A stretch of 64,000 nt of DNA, from positions 64,001 through 128,000 of the forward strand of contig JBHLNF010000003.1 in assembly GCA_048937405.1 (NCBI GenBank), read 5' to 3'. The notes below the pieces were generated by a model. The model searched no databases and was not told the origin of the DNA. It worked only from the letters and a program-made list of their open reading frames with translations. The DNA comes from Promethearchaeota archaeon (GTDB taxonomy: Archaea; Asgardarchaeota; Lokiarchaeia; Sigyniarchaeales; SOKP01). The translations under genes and the position numbers were made by a program. Below, piece after piece: positions 11,272 through 21,667 of the stretch (position 1 is its first letter; each line of letters starts with the position of its first letter).

Positions 11272-11685
11272 ATGATTGATAAGTTAAAATCCATGCTTAA
11301 AGAGTTAGAAATTAAAAAAAAAGAACTGCAACCAAAAATCAATGAGATTAATTTGAAGCGAGAGGAAGAAATTCAAAAAATAAATCAAAAATATGATCAT
11401 TTGTTATATGATGTTAATTATACAACACGGCAATTAGAAAATGAATTTTATAATGATCTAATCAAATCATTTATAATGATTGTTACCCGAGAATTTGATT
11501 TAAAAAGGAGTTCAGATATATATGACATATCCAATGAATTCAAGGTTTACAAAGATGAAATTGCTCAATTTTCCGAATTTCCTGAAGACTTAATCGAGAA
11601 GATGGATAAAGTTATAAATGGTGCCCCTATTGAGAATATCATGTATGAGCTTGAAAAAATTCAAAAGAAATTCATGAAACCTTAG
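11272..11685 (+). CDS. Hypothetical coiled-coil protein
   Basis: 137-aa ORF with an E/K-rich heptad N-terminus. Confidence 0.75.
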   Translation: MIDKLKSMLKELEIKKKELQPKINEINLKREEEIQKINQKYDHLLYDVNYTTRQLENEFYNDLIKSFIMIVTREFDLKRSSDIYDISNEFKVYKDEIAQFSEFPEDLIEKMDKVINGAPIENIMYELEKIQKKFMKP

Positions 11686-11835
11686 ATTCTAATATCTCCT
11701 TATTTAATTTATATAATATTAACTATTCTGAAAGAAATACAGAACTAATTATATAATATTTAGATATCACTTAGATAAATATGTGTAATTAATTCTCTTG
11801 AAATATAGAACGTTACAATAATAGGTAAAATTAGA

Positions 11836-11979
11836 ATGGAGTTATTTGAGGAAGAAGTTGAAATTTATAATTCTAAAATGCGCCTTTTAAGTTGGTTATA
11901 TGATGAATTAAGGATTCAATCAGATACATCTAAAGATGTAATTAATGAAAAAGGTCAAAAATTACCATTAAACTTATAA
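11836..11979 (+). CDS. Possible 47-aa small protein
   Basis: MELFEEEVEIYNSKMRLLSWLYDELRIQSDTSKDVINEKGQKLPLNL*, preceded by AGGT about 10 nt upstream. Shorter than any ORF in the track. Confidence 0.45.
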   Translation: MELFEEEVEIYNSKMRLLSWLYDELRIQSDTSKDVINEKGQKLPLNL

Positions 11980-12546
11980 ATTCTTCTTTAAATATAATTT
12001 AATAATTACACTTATTATTATCTGAATTTTTTCAACAAGTTCTAATAAATCTCCCTTATTTGGAATGTGAATAAAAATAACAGGATATTCTTTTTTTGAT
12101 ATATAAAGAGCCCAGTAATAAAGATAATTACATAAATAATAACCAGCAAAATGAGAGATTGAAATATTTATTTCTTTATTAAGAATAAAATAAGCTTTTT
12201 CTATATTTAACGTCGTTTTAATCCAAGGGTAGAAGGAATATTTTATGGGCCCAAATTTAAATTTATTATCAATATCTTTTCCCATTTTAAAATTCCATCC
12301 TATTTTTTCAAGATGAAACTTATTACTTAGATGAATACCTAAAAGAATTATTAATAGAGGATTTGATGATATTTTTAAAAAAATGTCCTTATAAGTTCTA
12401 ATACTTCTTTTCCAGCTAACAGGTATAATTTCTTTTACAATTGATAGCCCTTCATTTTCAATTGAGAATCTCTTGATAATTTCACCACTCAAATTGATAG
12501 GAAAATTATCATATGATCCAAATCCTGTTAAAATTAAAGTTTTCAA
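11974..12546 (-). CDS. pcp: Pyroglutamyl-peptidase I (peptidase C15)
   Basis: ILTGF..., LEKIG (Glu), AGYYLCNYLYY (Cys) and FIHIP (His) give the catalytic triad pattern. Confidence 0.85.
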   Translation of the reverse strand: MKTLILTGFGSYDNFPINLSGEIIKRFSIENEGLSIVKEIIPVSWKRSIRTYKDIFLKISSNPLLIILLGIHLSNKFHLEKIGWNFKMGKDIDNKFKFGPIKYSFYPWIKTTLNIEKAYFILNKEINISISHFAGYYLCNYLYYWALYISKKEYPVIFIHIPNKGDLLELVEKIQIIISVIIKLYLKKNL

Positions 12547-12635
12547 TTTCTTTAAGAAAAAAAATTTTAATAGATAAGTTAAAAATTAAAAAAAAGATTA
12601 CTAAGGGAGTTGTTATATTGATTATTTCTTTTTTA

Positions 12636-13052
12636 TTATTCTGCCATTTCTTTAGCTTTAGCTTTTTCTATAGCGGAAATTTCTTTTTGTAAAGCTTTAA
12701 TTTCTGATTGAACTGCTTTAACGCTAGCTTTCTTCTCCCCTTCAATTTCTTTCAATTTAGCGTTTAAAGCTTTTTCTTTTTCACTTTTTAAGGTTTTAAG
12801 CGTTTTATCTGCCTCTTTTGCAGCAGTAATTCTTTCTTTCTTTTTAGCAGCCCATTCTGCTGCTTTCTCAATAGCTTCCTCTTTTAAACCTTCTGCGTCT
12901 TTCAACTTTGCTTCAGCATTCTCAATTTTAGGATTATATTCCCCTTCTATTTCACTTTCTGCAGAAGCCTCTTTTTTAGATGCTTCTTCTTCAATACGAG
13001 TAATTTCATCTTCTTTGGCACTAATTTGCCCTCTTAAATTTTCTTCGGACAT
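12636..13052 (-). CDS. Hypothetical coiled-coil protein
   Basis: A/E/K-rich helical 138-aa ORF. Confidence 0.8.
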   Translation of the reverse strand: MSEENLRGQISAKEDEITRIEEEASKKEASAESEIEGEYNPKIENAEAKLKDAEGLKEEAIEKAAEWAAKKKERITAAKEADKTLKTLKSEKEKALNAKLKEIEGEKKASVKAVQSEIKALQKEISAIEKAKAKEMAE

Positions 13053-13303
13053 AAAACATCATTTTTTTTTATTTTTTTTTTATTGTTAAAATATAATATA
13101 TTTTCAGTTCTATTAAATGAATAGCATGTTATAATAGTGTTAGGTTTGTCATCCTTTTAAACTTTTTATCAAATTTTTTTCGAATGTTTTACAAAATTAT
13201 TGCTTTTGGGTGTATTTTCTATTGTTTTATTATGATCATCGATTATGGATAGATCCAGAGTGGTAATCGATGAATATAATATAAGCTATATCTCTTGTTT
13301 CCA

Positions 13304-13837
13304 CTATGCTTCCGAATTAATCGTGAATTCCCATGCACAAAAATAATTTTCAGGGTGTGATCCTGGAGGACAAGCAATACATTTAGTTTTTATTCGAGTA
13401 TCTATGGTGCTTGCAAATAATCCATATTCTATTATACCTACTGGTTTACATGGAAAATCTGGAAGGCCTCTACGCTTTCTAGAAGATTGAACACGGCAAT
13501 TATTCATTCTGAACACACATCTATTATCAGTAATCTCAATTATTTCCTGTTTATTAATATTTGCATATACTCTGTATTTCAAGGCCTTTATTAAAGCAGG
13601 AATTCCCCCATTTTTAGGAATTTTGAATCGATCCATGATTCTTTTTGCTTCAATTACTGTAAATCTTTCCCATTGCTTAACATCAAGTTCTATGGCCTTT
13701 TCAAGACCGTATTCTCTTTCTACAACTTGAAACCAAGTTCCATCAATTGCGAGCCAATTTTTGGATAGATCTTCAATATAATCCAATAATTCCTCTTTTG
13801 AAAGTGATTGTAAATCTCTTCTCATATCAATTATCAC
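13304..13837 (-). CDS. DUF6125-like protein
   Basis: KNWLAIDGTWFQ...CRVQ..RKRRGLPDFPCK...CIACPP...CAWEF pattern. Confidence 0.75.
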   Translation of the reverse strand: MIIDMRRDLQSLSKEELLDYIEDLSKNWLAIDGTWFQVVEREYGLEKAIELDVKQWERFTVIEAKRIMDRFKIPKNGGIPALIKALKYRVYANINKQEIIEITDNRCVFRMNNCRVQSSRKRRGLPDFPCKPVGIIEYGLFASTIDTRIKTKCIACPPGSHPENYFCAWEFTINSEA

Positions 13838-14037
13838 TATAAAGTTAAAAGCTAATTAGGAGAATCATTTAAAATTTAAAAAGTTGAACCAAAATGATGG
13901 GTAAATTGGTAGATTAATTATTATAATATGGTATAATAGTTGATTTCAAAAGTAAAATTTAATAACATTTTAATTTTAATTATTTTAGAATCTATTTTAT
14001 CCGGAAAAGTAATTATTAAAAGAATAGAGGAATAAAA

Positions 14038-15963
14038 ATGGGAAAAACACTCACAGAAAAAATTTTAGAAAATCATTTGGTTGAAGGAAATTTAGAAAAA
14101 GGTACAGAAATAGCTATTAAAATTGACCAAACTTTAACCCAAGATGCAACTGGTACTATGGCTTATTTACAATTTGAATCGATGGGTGTCCCTAGGGTTC
14201 AAACCGAATTATCAGTAAGTTATGTTGATCATAATACATTACAGACTGATTTCAAAAATCCTGATGATCATAGATATCTCCAAAGTATTGCTGCAAAATA
14301 TGGGTTATATTTTTCACGTCCTGGAAATGGCATTTGTCATCAAGTACATCTTGAACGATTTGCTCGTCCAGGAAGAACATTATTGGGCAGTGATAGTCAT
14401 ACACCAACAGGAGGAGGTGTTGGTTCAATTGCGATTGGAGCGGGTGGACTTGATGTAGCAGCCGCTATGGCAGGAGAACCCTTTAGATTAAAAATGCCTA
14501 AAGTTGTCAAAGTGTACCTCACAGGAAATCTTCCTGATTTTGTTTCAGCAAAAGATGTGATTTTAGAGGTATTGAGAAGAATTGGTGTAAAAGGGGCGGT
14601 AAATAAGGTACTAGAATATACTGGCCCAGGAATAAAGACATTAACAGTCCCAGAAAGAGGAACAATAACTAATATGGGAACCGAGACTGGTGCTACAACA
14701 TCAATTTTCCCCTCGGACGATGTTACTAAAGAATTTTTAGAAGCTCAGAAGAGAGGAGATCAATGGATTAAATTATTACCTGACGAAGATGCCAGTTATG
14801 ATGTAATAATCGAGATAAATTTAAATGAATTGGAACCACTTATTGCTGAACCTCATAGCCCAGGGAATGTTAAAACTGTTAAAGAATTAGAGGGGTTGAA
14901 CGTAGATCAAGTATGTATTGGAAGTTGTACTAATTCTTCTCTAAGAGATCTTAAAATTGTTGCTAATATGTTAAAAGGGAAAACTATACATCTAAATACC
15001 GTTTTAACGGTATCTCCTGGTTCTCGACAAGTTGTAGATCATATGATAGAATCTGGTGAAATGGGTTATTTGGTAAAAGCAGGAGCTAGAATTTTAGAAA
15101 ATGCATGTGGTCCATGCATTGGAATGGGTCTAGCTCCTAAAAGTGAAGCTGTTTCTTTAAGAACTTTCAATAGAAACTTTCTTGGGAGATCAGGAACAAA
15201 AAGTGCTAATGCTTATTTAGTAAGTCCTGAAACTGCTGCTATTGCAGCAATTGAAGGTAAAATAACAGATCCTAGAAGGTTTGGTAGCTTGCCCAAAATA
15301 GAAATACCTAAACGGTTTATGGTTAATGATAATATGATTGTTCCGCCATTACCTCCTGAAGAGGCTAAAAATATAGAAATTGTTAGAGGTCCAAATATAA
15401 AACCTTTACCAGAATTTAAACCTTTACCAGAAAAATTAGAAGGGGAAGTTCTTTTAAAAGTTGAGGATGACATAACAACAGATCATATTATGCCAGCTGG
15501 AGCAAAAATATTACCTTTAAGAAGTAATATTCCAGAGATTAGTAAATTTGTCTTCAATGTGGTGGATGAAGCATTTCATGATAGATCTCTTGAAAAGGGA
15601 GGAGGATTTATTATTGGAGGAGAAAATTACGGCCAAGGTTCAAGTCGAGAGCATGCAGCAATTGCACCTAAATACTTAGGAATTAAAGCTGTAATAGTTA
15701 AGAGTTTTGCACGTATTCATTTAGCAAATCTAGTAAATTTTGGAATTGTGCCATTAACTTTTGTAAATAAAGAAGATTATAACAATATTGAAGCTGGTGA
15801 TCAATTTGAGATTGATTTATCGAATATCAAATCTGGTAAAGTTTCACTGAAAAATAAAACTAAAAATTTAGATATCGAGTTAACTCATTCACTAAGTGAG
15901 CAAGATTTAGAAGAATTAATGGCTGGAGGGAAGTTGACTCTTATAAAACAAAAACACATATAA
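14038..15963 (+). CDS. Aconitate hydratase (short 641-aa archaeal/Aquifex type)
   Basis: QDATGT, DSHT, IGSCTN, CGPCIG, NRNF, TTDHI and NYGQGSSREHAA motifs. Confidence 0.93.
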   Translation: MGKTLTEKILENHLVEGNLEKGTEIAIKIDQTLTQDATGTMAYLQFESMGVPRVQTELSVSYVDHNTLQTDFKNPDDHRYLQSIAAKYGLYFSRPGNGICHQVHLERFARPGRTLLGSDSHTPTGGGVGSIAIGAGGLDVAAAMAGEPFRLKMPKVVKVYLTGNLPDFVSAKDVILEVLRRIGVKGAVNKVLEYTGPGIKTLTVPERGTITNMGTETGATTSIFPSDDVTKEFLEAQKRGDQWIKLLPDEDASYDVIIEINLNELEPLIAEPHSPGNVKTVKELEGLNVDQVCIGSCTNSSLRDLKIVANMLKGKTIHLNTVLTVSPGSRQVVDHMIESGEMGYLVKAGARILENACGPCIGMGLAPKSEAVSLRTFNRNFLGRSGTKSANAYLVSPETAAIAAIEGKITDPRRFGSLPKIEIPKRFMVNDNMIVPPLPPEEAKNIEIVRGPNIKPLPEFKPLPEKLEGEVLLKVEDDITTDHIMPAGAKILPLRSNIPEISKFVFNVVDEAFHDRSLEKGGGFIIGGENYGQGSSREHAAIAPKYLGIKAVIVKSFARIHLANLVNFGIVPLTFVNKEDYNNIEAGDQFEIDLSNIKSGKVSLKNKTKNLDIELTHSLSEQDLEELMAGGKLTLIKQKHI

Positions 15964-16003
15964 AGAAATAACAGATTTTTTTTTTTCAAATTTTATTAAT
16001 ACA

Positions 16004-16786
16004 GTGTTTGATAAAATGTTTAAACAAGATCCAAAAAAGCGTTTTTCTTCAAGAGTAGAACAATATGTGAAATTTAGACCTTCTTATCCAAAAGAAATCA
16101 TTCCATTCTTAAAAAAAAAACAAATATTATCAAAAAATTCCGTAATTGCTGATATAGGATCAGGTACAGGCATTTTAAGCGAAATTTTTTTAAAGGAAGG
16201 GAACAAGGTCTATGGAATTGAACCAAACATTGATATGAGAAAAGCTGGAGAAGTTCAACTAAAAAAATACTCTAATTTTATAAGTATTGACGGTTCAGCT
16301 GAAAATTCTTTGCTCGAATCTAAAAGTGTTGATATCATTACTGTAGGACAAGCTTTCCATTGGTTTGATTTAGATAAAACAAAAATCGAATTTTCGAGAA
16401 TTCTTAAACCTAATGGTTGGGTTGTTTTGATTTGGAATCATCGAAATAATCAGAATAATGAGTTTTTAAAGGACTATGAAAAATTTCTCATAAAGTTTGG
16501 GACAGACTTTAGCAATATCGAAAAAAGAATACAAGATTGTCAAAAATTTTTCGGAGGAAATCATCTAGAGAAGACATATGAATATCAAATGTTTTATAAT
16601 TCTCAAATTTTCGATTATAAAGGTTTAGAAGGTAGAGTACTTTCTACTTCTTATCTTCCTTTAGCAGATCATCCTTTATTTAATTCAATGATTATTGAAC
16701 TAAAGGAACTTTTTGAGAAGCATCAACAAAATGGTTCAGTTAAATTTGAATATAAGACAGAAGTTTTTTACGGACAGTTAATATAG
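16004..16786 (+). CDS. Class I SAM-dependent methyltransferase
   Basis: DIGSGTG motif I, QAFHWFD and RILKPNG. Confidence 0.9.
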   Translation: MFDKMFKQDPKKRFSSRVEQYVKFRPSYPKEIIPFLKKKQILSKNSVIADIGSGTGILSEIFLKEGNKVYGIEPNIDMRKAGEVQLKKYSNFISIDGSAENSLLESKSVDIITVGQAFHWFDLDKTKIEFSRILKPNGWVVLIWNHRNNQNNEFLKDYEKFLIKFGTDFSNIEKRIQDCQKFFGGNHLEKTYEYQMFYNSQIFDYKGLEGRVLSTSYLPLADHPLFNSMIIELKELFEKHQQNGSVKFEYKTEVFYGQLI

Positions 16787-16803
16787 TTTAAAATTATTTT
16801 TGG

Positions 16804-17802
16804 TTAGTTTTTATAATCTTTCAGATAACTGTGAATTGTTTTAAATTTTTCAAGAGAAGAGATAATTCTACCCTCTTTCAATAATTTTAAACCTTCATCA
16901 TTTAATTTTGTAATAGAATTCTTAAGCTCTTTAAACTTAAGTTGTTCCTGAAGTATTTTAAGTAATTTGGAATATTCCTCTACAGTCTCGTTTTCTTTTA
17001 TTGATTCAGCAAGTTGAATAATTTTTTTGCTATTTTTGATTGCATCTTTAAAATTCTTCTTATCTTGGAGGTATTTAACATCATTAATTAATTGTTCTAT
17101 TCTGAGTAAGGTCTTTTGATACTCTTTTTCAGCATTTATAACATCATTTTCAATAACTCTTATTTCTTTTAAATAATCAGTAATCTCGTTTTCTTCCAAT
17201 TCTTTAATAAGTTCACTTAACTTTTCCTTTAAATCTTCAAAAAGATATTTCTCCTTTAAAATAATGCTTTCTTCTATTAAATTTCCAGACTTTTCTATTA
17301 GTTCTTTTCTAATTTTCGATTTTAAAGCGTTATTTTCATACTTCTCCCATTTGCTCTTTATTTTATCATCATCAAGATCAGAAATTAGGTTTTTAGCAGT
17401 TTCTAATATTACTTCTGTTTTTTTAAAATCGTCTAATTTTAGAGCTATATTAAACTCGCTTTCTAAATGACTTAATTCTAATTTTATTTTCTTAATTTTC
17501 TCAAGTCTTAACTTTTCTTGTTCAACCCTGATTCTTTCTCTTTCGTTTTCTTCTCTTTCTTTTAAGATCTTCTTGATTCTATCAATTAAACTTTCTTGCT
17601 CTCTAATAAACGATCTTAAGTCTTCCAGTTCAGCTAATTCTATGATTTCATAAGCAAGAAATAATGCTTCGTTCAACTTTCCTTTCATATATGCTTGTCC
17701 TTGAATTGCAATTTTGTCATCAATTTCAGAAATTATCTTAATCTTTCTTTTTTCTTCTTTTTCTTCTTCTGCTTCAATTTCCTCGGATCTTTCTTCAGCC
17801 AA
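16804..17802 (-). CDS. Alpha-helical repeat/coiled-coil protein, paralogous to the C-terminal part of 17806..19428
   Basis: E/K-rich helices sharing the ELS.LE...A..L...L.D..I..KWE repeat and the C-terminal motif with the upstream gene. Confidence 0.75.
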   Translation of the reverse strand: MAEERSEEIEAEEEKEEKRKIKIISEIDDKIAIQGQAYMKGKLNEALFLAYEIIELAELEDLRSFIREQESLIDRIKKILKEREENERERIRVEQEKLRLEKIKKIKLELSHLESEFNIALKLDDFKKTEVILETAKNLISDLDDDKIKSKWEKYENNALKSKIRKELIEKSGNLIEESIILKEKYLFEDLKEKLSELIKELEENEITDYLKEIRVIENDVINAEKEYQKTLLRIEQLINDVKYLQDKKNFKDAIKNSKKIIQLAESIKENETVEEYSKLLKILQEQLKFKELKNSITKLNDEGLKLLKEGRIISSLEKFKTIHSYLKDYKN

Positions 17803-17805
17803 TTT

Positions 17806-19428
17806 TTACACCTTATAGGCTTGTAATTGATCTATAATTTGTTCAAAAAATTTTAATGACTTTTCAAAGGAACCCTTATCTAAAGCGACTATACCATTTT
17901 TACTTAAAAATTCAATATTTTCTAAAAGTCGTCTAGCGGTATGAAATTTTGTTTTGAAATTATCCCATTTATCAATAATATCATCATCAACTAATTCATT
18001 AAGGATTTTTTCACTCTTCTCAAAAACTTCATTTGCGGCTTTTATCTCCATCCTTTTAATGTTTAAAGTAATTATTTTTTCTAATTTTGAGAGTTCTTCT
18101 TTCAATTTATTTTGTCTTTCTTCAAATTCTTTCCTTTTTTTAATTTGTTTTTTAGATTGTTCTAAAATATTTTTATAATTATCGATTACTTCAGATTTGT
18201 TTATAGATTTTCCTAATTCAATGATTTTTTCACAATCTTTGATAACTTCTTCTAAAAGAGTATTTTTTTGATTATTTATAATATTATTATCTAACCTCTT
18301 AATTTCTTCTAATGTCATATTATATAGTTCTTCAGCAGAATCAATTTCTTTGGATATCACCTCTAATTTGTCACGATACTCTAAAAAATCTATGGATTCA
18401 ACTTCTTTTATTAAGGTCTCAATTTTTGTTTTTATTTCATTGTATAGATACGCTTCCTTTAATTTTATTATCTCTTCAGAAAATTTCTCGAATCTATTTA
18501 TAAACTCGATTTTGTCTTTTGCCTTTTGGATTTTTTTATGAAATTCTTCCCATTTATTCTTAGTCTTTTTTTCAATTAAATTAGATATAAGATTCATTGC
18601 TTTATCATAGATTTCAGTAGCTTCTGAAATCTCCAAGTTATCTATAGATTCATTAAAATCTTTTTCTAATATGGAAAGATCATTTTTTATTCTTTCTTGT
18701 TCAGCTTTCCACTTCTTTTTTTCTTTTAAAATTAATTCTTTAGCACTCGGAACTAGAGTTAGATCATATACTTTCTCATATTTTTCTCTAAAGAATTCGA
18801 CTAACTCATGAGCACTTAATATATTTTTTACGTTTATTAACTTGTTATATTCCTTTTCAATTCTTATTGTTTCTTGTTCAATTTCAGATATGATCTTTTG
18901 ATTCTCATATTTCTCAGTTAATTCTGATAATAAAGTTTCTTGTTCTGTTTTAAGTGCATCATTTTGTATTTTTTCTGCTAATCCCATTATTTCTTTCAAT
19001 AGCTCAATTGCATTTTCAAAATCTTCAGATTCTATAGATTTTTCTGATTTTCCTTTTAGATCATCTATTTTTTCTAATACTGGTAGTACAGTTTTTTCTT
19101 GATATTCAATAATCTCATATAATTCATCTTTTGTGATATTTAAATTCTTGAAAAATTCATATGGTTCTGATCTCATCTCAAATGTAATATTTCTGATAAT
19201 TCTAAATTGAGGAAATTCTTCCTTTAACAACACTCGAATTTGGGCAACATGGTTTTTTAGAGTTTGAGTTGCATTTCTTCCTATCCAGATATACATTGTT
19301 TTTATTTTCTGCATATGGATAGCTAAAATATTAACAATTGTGAATACATCTTTTATGTTTTCATAAGCAATCTCATCAAAAGTCCCGTCATAATTTAATT
19401 TGAAGGTTTTTATTATATTTTCAACCAT
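17806..19428 (-). CDS. Protein with an N-terminal gelsolin-like domain and long alpha-helical repeats
   Basis: N-terminus contains MYIWIGRNATQ...FEMRSEPYEFF, matching the gelsolin-repeat W-x-G and E-x-x-E-P-x-x-F signatures. The rest is helical. Confidence 0.65.
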   Translation of the reverse strand: MVENIIKTFKLNYDGTFDEIAYENIKDVFTIVNILAIHMQKIKTMYIWIGRNATQTLKNHVAQIRVLLKEEFPQFRIIRNITFEMRSEPYEFFKNLNITKDELYEIIEYQEKTVLPVLEKIDDLKGKSEKSIESEDFENAIELLKEIMGLAEKIQNDALKTEQETLLSELTEKYENQKIISEIEQETIRIEKEYNKLINVKNILSAHELVEFFREKYEKVYDLTLVPSAKELILKEKKKWKAEQERIKNDLSILEKDFNESIDNLEISEATEIYDKAMNLISNLIEKKTKNKWEEFHKKIQKAKDKIEFINRFEKFSEEIIKLKEAYLYNEIKTKIETLIKEVESIDFLEYRDKLEVISKEIDSAEELYNMTLEEIKRLDNNIINNQKNTLLEEVIKDCEKIIELGKSINKSEVIDNYKNILEQSKKQIKKRKEFEERQNKLKEELSKLEKIITLNIKRMEIKAANEVFEKSEKILNELVDDDIIDKWDNFKTKFHTARRLLENIEFLSKNGIVALDKGSFEKSLKFFEQIIDQLQAYKV

Positions 19429-19530
19429 TAAATTTCCTCCGAACTTATCATAACAAAATAGTTAAAGAATTTGCTTTTAAAGGTTTGCGAATAGAAAGGA
19501 GGAAATTACGCTATAGTTCCATCTTATAAT

Positions 19531-20910
19531 TTAAACCATTTTTTTGGGGTCTAATAAATTATCCAAATTGTCTATTTTCAATCCCATTTCCTTAATGACA
19601 GTCTTAATTGTCTTTCCTTCTTTATATGCTCGTTGAGCTATCTCGGAACATTTATCATAACCTAAAATGGGCGTTAAATTTGTAATAATCATCAGCATTT
19701 GTTCTAAATTTTCATTTATTTGCGAAACATTAGCCTTTAATCCAATTAAACAATGTTCTATAAATGAATTAATTCCACCAATTAGTATTTCAATAGATTC
19801 AAGTAAATTAATGATCATTACAGGTTTACATACATTCAAATCTAATATACTACCATATGCCTCTCCATATGAAATTACTGAATCATTTCCAATAACTTGA
19901 AGACAAACCTGAATTAATGCCTCGGACTGCGTAGGATTTATTTTACCTGGCATGATTGATGAACCAGGTTCATTTTGAGGTAATTTTAATTCATATAATC
20001 CCGCTCTTGGTCCACTTCCCATCCAACGTATATCATTAGCCATCTTTAATAAAGATAAAGCTAATAACCTAAGATTTCCACTTAGATTGACTACCGAATT
20101 ATGGGAAGCAATACCTTCTGCTTTCACAGGATTAGTTTTAAATAATATATTTGTAATTTGAGATAAATGAGATATTGTGAGTCTTGCAAAATCCTTATGC
20201 GCATTCAAGCCAGTTCCTAATGCAGTTCCCCCAATTGGAATGTAATATAATTCATTACAAGCATTTTGCAATCTTTCTGTATTAGTTTGAATTTGCTTTT
20301 TATAGACTTTAAATTCCAAAGACAGTGGTATAGGAATGGCGTCTTGTAGATGAGTCCTCCCTATTTTAATAATATCTTCAAAATCACTAATCTTTTTATT
20401 TATGTTTTCTATTAATTTTTCCAATGTTAGAAATAACTTTTGAATCATATGCAAAGCAGCTACATGCATCGTAGTTGGGATCACATCATTCGATGATTGA
20501 CTTTTATTTACATGATCATTAGGGTGTATAGGATATTTTTCACCCATTGGGTATCCTAATATTTCATTTGCTCGATTCGCTAATACTTCATTCATATTCA
20601 TATTTGTTTGGGTTCCTGAGCCAGTTTGAAAAATATCTATAGGGAATTGATTGAGATGTTTTTTTTCATTTAATATCTCATCTGCAGCTTTAAGAATGGC
20701 CTTTCCTTTTTCTTCATCAACCAGAGCTAAATCAATATTTGCCAAGAGACAAGCCTTTTTTACTTGGACTAAAGAAGTTATAAAAATTGAGGGAAACTTC
20801 TTACCACTAATTTGAAAATTCAAGATGGCTCGTTGAGTATTAGCACCCCAATAAACATCAGAAGGAACTTTTATTTCACCTAACATATCATTTTCAATAC
20901 GATAATTCAA
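19531..20910 (-). CDS. fumC: Class II fumarate hydratase
   Basis: QTGSGTQTNMN, HPNDHVN, GRTHLQDA and GSSIMPGKINP signatures. Confidence 0.93.
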   Translation of the reverse strand: MNYRIENDMLGEIKVPSDVYWGANTQRAILNFQISGKKFPSIFITSLVQVKKACLLANIDLALVDEEKGKAILKAADEILNEKKHLNQFPIDIFQTGSGTQTNMNMNEVLANRANEILGYPMGEKYPIHPNDHVNKSQSSNDVIPTTMHVAALHMIQKLFLTLEKLIENINKKISDFEDIIKIGRTHLQDAIPIPLSLEFKVYKKQIQTNTERLQNACNELYYIPIGGTALGTGLNAHKDFARLTISHLSQITNILFKTNPVKAEGIASHNSVVNLSGNLRLLALSLLKMANDIRWMGSGPRAGLYELKLPQNEPGSSIMPGKINPTQSEALIQVCLQVIGNDSVISYGEAYGSILDLNVCKPVMIINLLESIEILIGGINSFIEHCLIGLKANVSQINENLEQMLMIITNLTPILGYDKCSEIAQRAYKEGKTIKTVIKEMGLKIDNLDNLLDPKKMV

Positions 20911-21034
20911 AGTTCAATCATCTTTTTTTGTATTTTAATATTGTAATAAGGATTGAGAATATAAAAAAAGTTCATAACAATAAATAATAAATTGAGAAAA
21001 TCCTAATTCATATGGAATTATTTTTCAATGAGAA

Positions 21035-21667
21035 TTAGTCCGAATTTTTTAATTGTCCAAAAAATTAATCTGTGTCATCAATTCCCGATTTTAACAATGC
21101 ATATTCTCGTATTATTTCAAGTTCCTTGCTAATTAATTCTAAATATTCCTTGTCAATTTCATCCTGAAAACGTAACCAACAACCAAGTGCATCAGTATAG
21201 TCTTACCACCCTCCAAAGACTAATTTACTTAAAATAAAATCTTCAATTGAAGTAACCCAGCATTCAATCCCAAAGATTTTTTCTCGAACTCTCCTTTTTA
21301 ATCCTATTGGGCCCATTTTTTTATATTTGTTATCACTGAATTTTATTACTATATGATTGTCATAACTTACAGTGTCATTTTTGTCTAAAAATTGAATAAT
21401 ATTAGTTTCTCTTGCCAAATTTAATGTTGTTCTCCAATCTCGTATTGGATGAAAACTGTTTTTTTCTAGAAGTGAAATATAATCTTCTAGAGTAATATTA
21501 GATGATTGCAAGTCGATTACAATATCAATATCACGAGTAATCCTAAAATCAGAATATAAATTTACTAAGATTCCTCCTACTAAATAATATTTAAAAGTTT
21601 TTTTATCTTCAAGATCTTCTAAAAAAATAATTATTTATAAAAATGCTTGCTTATAAGTACTCTCCAT
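21035..21667 (-). pseudogene. Nucleotidyltransferase (Pol-beta superfamily, DUF6036/AbiEii-like) with in-frame nonsense codons
   Basis: From ATG 21667: MESTYKQAFL*IIIFLEDLEDKKTFKYYLVGGILVNLYSDFRITRDIDIVID...EDFILSKLVFGGW*DYTDALGCWLRF...DDTD*FFGQLKNSD*. The GG...R.T.DID motif is present. TAA at 21635-37, 21203-05 and 21065-67, with no frameshift. Confidence 0.8.

Noticed and set aside
319-19900. Short overlapping ORFs (319..516, 1788..1982, 2404..2613, 2481..2675, 4634..5095, 5534..5716, 7252..7449, 14222..14458, 15213..15473, 17264..17470, 17954..18541, 19667..19900)
   Set aside because: They are antisense or off-frame shadows of well-supported genes.
4458-20910. gdhA, aconitase and fumC as a metabolic operon
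   Set aside because: They lie on different strands, separated by unrelated genes; this is ordinary scattered housekeeping content.
21035-21667. TAA reassignment or programmed read-through in the nucleotidyltransferase
   Set aside because: TAA is the normal terminator of many neighbouring genes (gdhA, aconitase, fumC), so nonsense decay is the simpler explanation.
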